Source: Candidatus Micrarchaeia archaeon (GTDB taxonomy: Archaea > Micrarchaeota > Micrarchaeia > CAILAH01). Taken from it: 10,411 bases of DNA. The stretch's first letter is position 1. Each line of letters starts with the position of its first letter. The position numbers were made by a program, and so were the translations under genes. The stretch is from NCBI GenBank assembly GCA_038740245.1, contig JAVYLZ010000022.1, positions 1 to 10,411 on the forward strand, in the 5' to 3' direction. Of this stretch, positions 6,660 to 10,411 are shown piece by piece. The notes below the pieces were generated by a model. That model was not told where the DNA came from and made no database searches. It worked only from the letters and a program-made list of their open reading frames with translations.

Positions 6660-8507
6660 ATGGCCAAGAAGGAGAATAATGATAAGTCGGCGCCGGCGCG
6701 CGCAGTTGTCTACCTGAACGGCATGTATTTGGGGTTCCACGAGAATCCCAGGCAGCTCGTTAAGGAAATTGTTGAGAAAAGGCAGTCCGGCGAGCTTACA
6801 CGCGCGCTCAACGTTTCGTACAATGAGAAGACCGGCGAAGTCCATTTGAACACCAGCGGCGGCCGCATACGCCGGCCGTACATTGTGGTGCGCAATGGCA
6901 AGCCGCTGCTCACAAAGGAGCACATTGAAAAGCTCAGGAAAGGCGAGATGACGTGGGACGACCTGGTTGCGCAGGGCATTGTGGATTACCTTGACGCCGA
7001 GGAGGAGGGCTCAATAGCGCTCATTGCAATGAACGAGGAGGACATTACCGAGGAGCATACGCACCTTGAGATTGACCCGCTTTCAATAACAGGTGTTATC
7101 GTCTCAACATTTCCGTATCCGGACCACAACTCATCACCGCGTCTTACAATGGCCTCGGCAATGATGAAGCAGTCGCTTGGCCTGTACGCGGTCAACTTCA
7201 ACCACCGGCTTGACTCGCGTGCGCACCTGATGTTTTACCCGCAGGCACCGCTCGTCAACACCACATCCTACACAGCGCTGAATTACGACAAGAGGCCTGC
7301 CGGCCAGAACTTTGTGGTTGCGGTGCTCAGCTACTACGGCTACAACATGAGCGACGCGGTCGTGATAAACCGGAACGCAGTTGACCGCGCGCTTGGCCGT
7401 TCGGTATTCTTCAAGTCATACGAGACAGAGGAGAGGAGATACCCCGGCGGCCAGAAGGACAAGCTTATGGCCCCGACGCCGAACATAGTTGGCTACCGCG
7501 AGGAGGAGCTTTACAGGAACCTTGATGAGGACGGCGTAATCCTGCCGGAGGTTGAGATAAAGCCGCGCGACGTGCTCATCGGCAAGGTATCTCCGCCGAG
7601 GTTTATGGAGGAGGTTGCAACCTTCGGCATAACCGAGGAAAAGCGCAGGGAGAACTCAATCACTGCAAAGGGCGGCGACTACGGCATAGTTGACAGTGTT
7701 ATGGTAACGGAGAGCCTGGCGGGCAACAAGCTTGTCAAGGTCAAGATACGCTCGCTGAAGATACCCGAGGTCGGCGACAAGTTTGCATCACGGCACGGGC
7801 AGAAGGGTGTTATCGGCTACCTGGCTCCGCAGGAGGACCTGCCTTTCACAAAGGACGGCATTGTGCCCGACCTGCTCATCAACCCGCACGCAATCCCGAG
7901 CCGTATGACTGCCGGCCACATCATTGAGATGCTTGGCGGCAAGGTGGCGTGCATGTCCGGCCGCACGGTCAACGGCACGATGTTTTCCGGTGAGAAGGAG
8001 CAGGACCTGCGTGCGGAGCTCAAGAAATACGGCTTCCAGGAGAACGGCGAGGAGATACTTTACGACGGTATTACGGGCCAGAAGCTCAAGGCGACGATAT
8101 TCGTCGGCGTCATATACTACCAGCGGCTGCACCATCTTGTCTCAAACAAGATGCACGTGCGGTCAAGGGGCCCGGTCCAGCTGCTTACGCACCAGCCCAC
8201 AGAAGGCAAGGCGCGCGAAGGCGGCCTGAGGTTCGGCGAGATGGAAAGGGACTGCCTGATTGGGTATGGTGCAACCCAGCTCATCAAGGAGAGGCTGCTT
8301 GAGGAAAGCGACAAGACAATCGCAATAGTGTGCGCGAACTGCGGCTCGCTCGGCGTTTATGACTTTGCAAAGCGCAGGGAGGTATGCCCGGTATGCAAGG
8401 GCACACGCATGGAGCGCGTGGAGATAAGCTATGCGTTCAAGCTGCTGCTGGATGAGATAAAGTCGCTTGGCGTATTCCCGCGCCTTAAGGTGGGCGACAA
8501 GAAGTAA
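6660..8507 (+). CDS. rpoB1: DNA-directed RNA polymerase subunit B' (Rpo2C)
   Basis: GDKFASRHGQKG, NPHAIPSRMT, RFGEMERD motifs and C-terminal CANC...CPVC Zn finger. ATG 6660 preferred (SD AGGTGA 6649-6654), GTG 6651 is an alternative. Confidence 0.96.
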   Translation: MAKKENNDKSAPARAVVYLNGMYLGFHENPRQLVKEIVEKRQSGELTRALNVSYNEKTGEVHLNTSGGRIRRPYIVVRNGKPLLTKEHIEKLRKGEMTWDDLVAQGIVDYLDAEEEGSIALIAMNEEDITEEHTHLEIDPLSITGVIVSTFPYPDHNSSPRLTMASAMMKQSLGLYAVNFNHRLDSRAHLMFYPQAPLVNTTSYTALNYDKRPAGQNFVVAVLSYYGYNMSDAVVINRNAVDRALGRSVFFKSYETEERRYPGGQKDKLMAPTPNIVGYREEELYRNLDEDGVILPEVEIKPRDVLIGKVSPPRFMEEVATFGITEEKRRENSITAKGGDYGIVDSVMVTESLAGNKLVKVKIRSLKIPEVGDKFASRHGQKGVIGYLAPQEDLPFTKDGIVPDLLINPHAIPSRMTAGHIIEMLGGKVACMSGRTVNGTMFSGEKEQDLRAELKKYGFQENGEEILYDGITGQKLKATIFVGVIYYQRLHHLVSNKMHVRSRGPVQLLTHQPTEGKAREGGLRFGEMERDCLIGYGATQLIKERLLEESDKTIAIVCANCGSLGVYDFAKRREVCPVCKGTRMERVEISYAFKLLLDEIKSLGVFPRLKVGDKK

Positions 8508-8517
8508 GGGGTGTGGT

Positions 8518-10411
8518 ATGATGATGGATTTCACTGAGAAGAAGATTGAGCGTATCAAGTTTACGCTGTTCTCGCCCGAGCTCATACGCAAGATGTCAGT
8601 CATAAAGGTGACTATCCCGGACACGTACAACGAGGACGGCTACCCGATAGACGGCGGGCTTATGGACCAGCATATGGGCGTCATTGACCCCGGCCTCCGC
8701 TGCAAGACGTGCGGGGGCACAGTGCACACGTGCCCGGGCCATTTCGGGCATATTGACCTTGTGCGGCCGGTTCTCCATTCCGAGTTTGCGCGCGTTGTTG
8801 CTGCAATGCTCAAGATGACGTGCTCATCGTGCAGCCGTGCGCTTGTGAAAAAGGGCAAGATAGACCAGGACATGATAGGCAGCGAGGAGCTGCTGAGCGA
8901 GATGCGCCGCGCCAAGAAATGCCCGCACTGCGGCGCAAAGCAGGAGGAAATCAAGTTTGAGAAGCCGACCACCATAATGGAGGGCAAGCGCGCACTGCTG
9001 CCCATAGAAATCAGGGAGCGCCTCTCTAAGATACCCAACGAGGACCTTGAATTGCTCGGCTTGGATCCTGAGAGCGCACGGCCCGAGTGGATGGTGCTGA
9101 CAGCACTGCCGATACCGCCAGTGCAGATGAGGCCGTCAATTATACTTGAGACCGGCGAGCGCAGCGAGGATGACATAACGCACAAGCTTGTGGACATAAT
9201 CAGGATTAACCAGCGGCTTGAGGCAAACCTGAATGCCGGTGCGCCGCAGCTTATAATTGAGGACCTGTGGGAGCTTCTGCAGTACCATATAACAACATAC
9301 TTCAACAATGAGAGCGCGAACATACCACCTGCAAGGCACAGGTCTGGCAGGCCGCTTAAGACATTATCACAGCGGTTGAAGGGTAAAGAAGGCCGGTTTA
9401 GGTACAATCTTTCAGGCAAGCGTGTCAATTTCTCCTCAAGGACTGTAGTATCTCCAGACCCGAACATTAGCATAAACGAGGTAGGTGTGCCGCAGTATGT
9501 AGCGGACGAGCTTACTGTGCCGATAAGCGTTACGAGCTGGAACATTGAGCAGTGCAAGGAGATGATGCGGCGCACGGAATATCCGCGTGTTGTTTACGTA
9601 ACGGGCAAGGACGGGCGCAGGCGCCGTGTTATGGAAAAGAATGTGCAGGAGCTGATTGATGCGCTTGATGTGGGCTGGGTTATTGAAAGGCAGCTTATGG
9701 ACGGCGACCCAGTGATCTTCAACAGGCAGCCATCATTGCACAGAATATCAATGATGTGCCACCGCGTCAAGGTGCTGCCCGGCAGGACGTTCCGCCTTCA
9801 TGTAGCAGTATGTCCACCATACAATGCGGACTTTGATGGAGATGAGATGAATCTCCACGTGCCGCAGACGTATGAGGCGCGCGCAGAGGCAGAGGGCCTG
9901 ATGCTGGTGCAGGACCAGATAATATCCCCGCGGCACGGTAGCGCAATAATCGTGCCCAACGAGGACCACCTGTCCGGCGCATTCCTGCTCACGCGCAAGG
10001 GCGTCAAGCTCACAAAAGACGAGGCAACAATGTTCCTAGGCGCAGCAGGCATATATGAGCTCCCCGAGCCGGGCAAGGACGGCCTGTACCCCGGCAAGGC
10101 AGTGTTCTCAATGCTGCTGCCGAAAGGCCTTGACATTGAGTACAAGACCAAACTGTGCCGGGAGGTTGGCGAGTGCAGCAAGGCATCCTGCCCGTATGAT
10201 GGTTACGTCATAATAAAGGACGGCAAGCTGCTGCACGGCGTTATGGAAAAGAAAGGGTTTGCGGGCCTGCTGCTTGAGAAGATATTCAGGGACCACGGCA
10301 GCAATGCTGCACGCGAGTTCATAGACCGCGCAACCAAGATGTCTGTTTATGCTGTTACATATTTCGGGTTCTCAGTCGGCCTTGACAATTACCATCTTGA
10401 CAGGAAGATGC
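8518..10411 (+). CDS. rpoA1: DNA-directed RNA polymerase subunit A' (Rpo1N), 3' end outside window
   Basis: Absent from the ORF track because there is no stop in the window. Hand translation is open throughout: CKTC..CPGHFGH, KGKEGRFRYNLSGKRVNFSSRTVVSPD, FNRQPSLH, catalytic NADFDGD (9823-9843). SD GGGGTG at 8508-8513. Three tandem ATGs at 8518-8526. Confidence 0.97.
   Translation, partial: MMMDFTEKKIERIKFTLFSPELIRKMSVIKVTIPDTYNEDGYPIDGGLMDQHMGVIDPGLRCKTCGGTVHTCPGHFGHIDLVRPVLHSEFARVVAAMLKMTCSSCSRALVKKGKIDQDMIGSEELLSEMRRAKKCPHCGAKQEEIKFEKPTTIMEGKRALLPIEIRERLSKIPNEDLELLGLDPESARPEWMVLTALPIPPVQMRPSIILETGERSEDDITHKLVDIIRINQRLEANLNAGAPQLIIEDLWELLQYHITTYFNNESANIPPARHRSGRPLKTLSQRLKGKEGRFRYNLSGKRVNFSSRTVVSPDPNISINEVGVPQYVADELTVPISVTSWNIEQCKEMMRRTEYPRVVYVTGKDGRRRRVMEKNVQELIDALDVGWVIERQLMDGDPVIFNRQPSLHRISMMCHRVKVLPGRTFRLHVAVCPPYNADFDGDEMNLHVPQTYEARAEAEGLMLVQDQIISPRHGSAIIVPNEDHLSGAFLLTRKGVKLTKDEATMFLGAAGIYELPEPGKDGLYPGKAVFSMLLPKGLDIEYKTKLCREVGECSKASCPYDGYVIIKDGKLLHGVMEKKGFAGLLLEKIFRDHGSNAAREFIDRATKMSVYAVTYFGFSVGLDNYHLDRKM

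Noticed and set aside
8640..9575. 311-aa minus-strand ORF and other long antisense ORFs across polB, rpoB and rpoA'
   Set aside because: Shadow frames of highly conserved + strand genes. The true CDS here is rpoA', missed by the track because it lacks a stop in the window.
2436..10411. Inteins, introns or frameshifts in polB and RNAP genes
   Set aside because: All frames are continuous, lengths are normal and catalytic motifs are uninterrupted.
1..10411. CRISPR array, tRNA genes or transposases
   Set aside because: No regularly spaced repeats, no cloverleaf or T-loop signature in intergenic regions, and no transposase-like ORFs were seen.

Overview
Archaeal chromosomal core region. A DPANN/Micrarchaeota-like origin is inferred from the unlinked 5S gene, split RpoB and divergent RNAP motifs, but is not proven. 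In order: the 3' part of a membrane protein gene, a Cys-rich exported protein gene, a stand-alone 5S rRNA gene with its own TATA promoter, a convergent Mut7-C (PIN + Zn-ribbon) RNase gene, a COG1340-like coiled-coil gene, family B DNA polymerase, and the RNA polymerase operon rpoH-rpoB''-rpoB'-rpoA' (rpoA' runs off the window and is absent from the ORF track). The main finding is a 52-nt insertion (900-951) in loop C of the 5S rRNA gene (855-1023, 169 nt). Its ends fold into a relaxed bulge-helix-bulge/loop motif. Cutting at the positions used by archaeal splicing endonucleases restores a canonical 13-nt loop C and a 117-nt 5S rRNA, making this a candidate 5S rRNA intron. Secondary observations are A/T-ending codon patches over polymerase catalytic motifs, an in-frame single-TAG RpoB split, and inverted repeats just downstream of TATA boxes.
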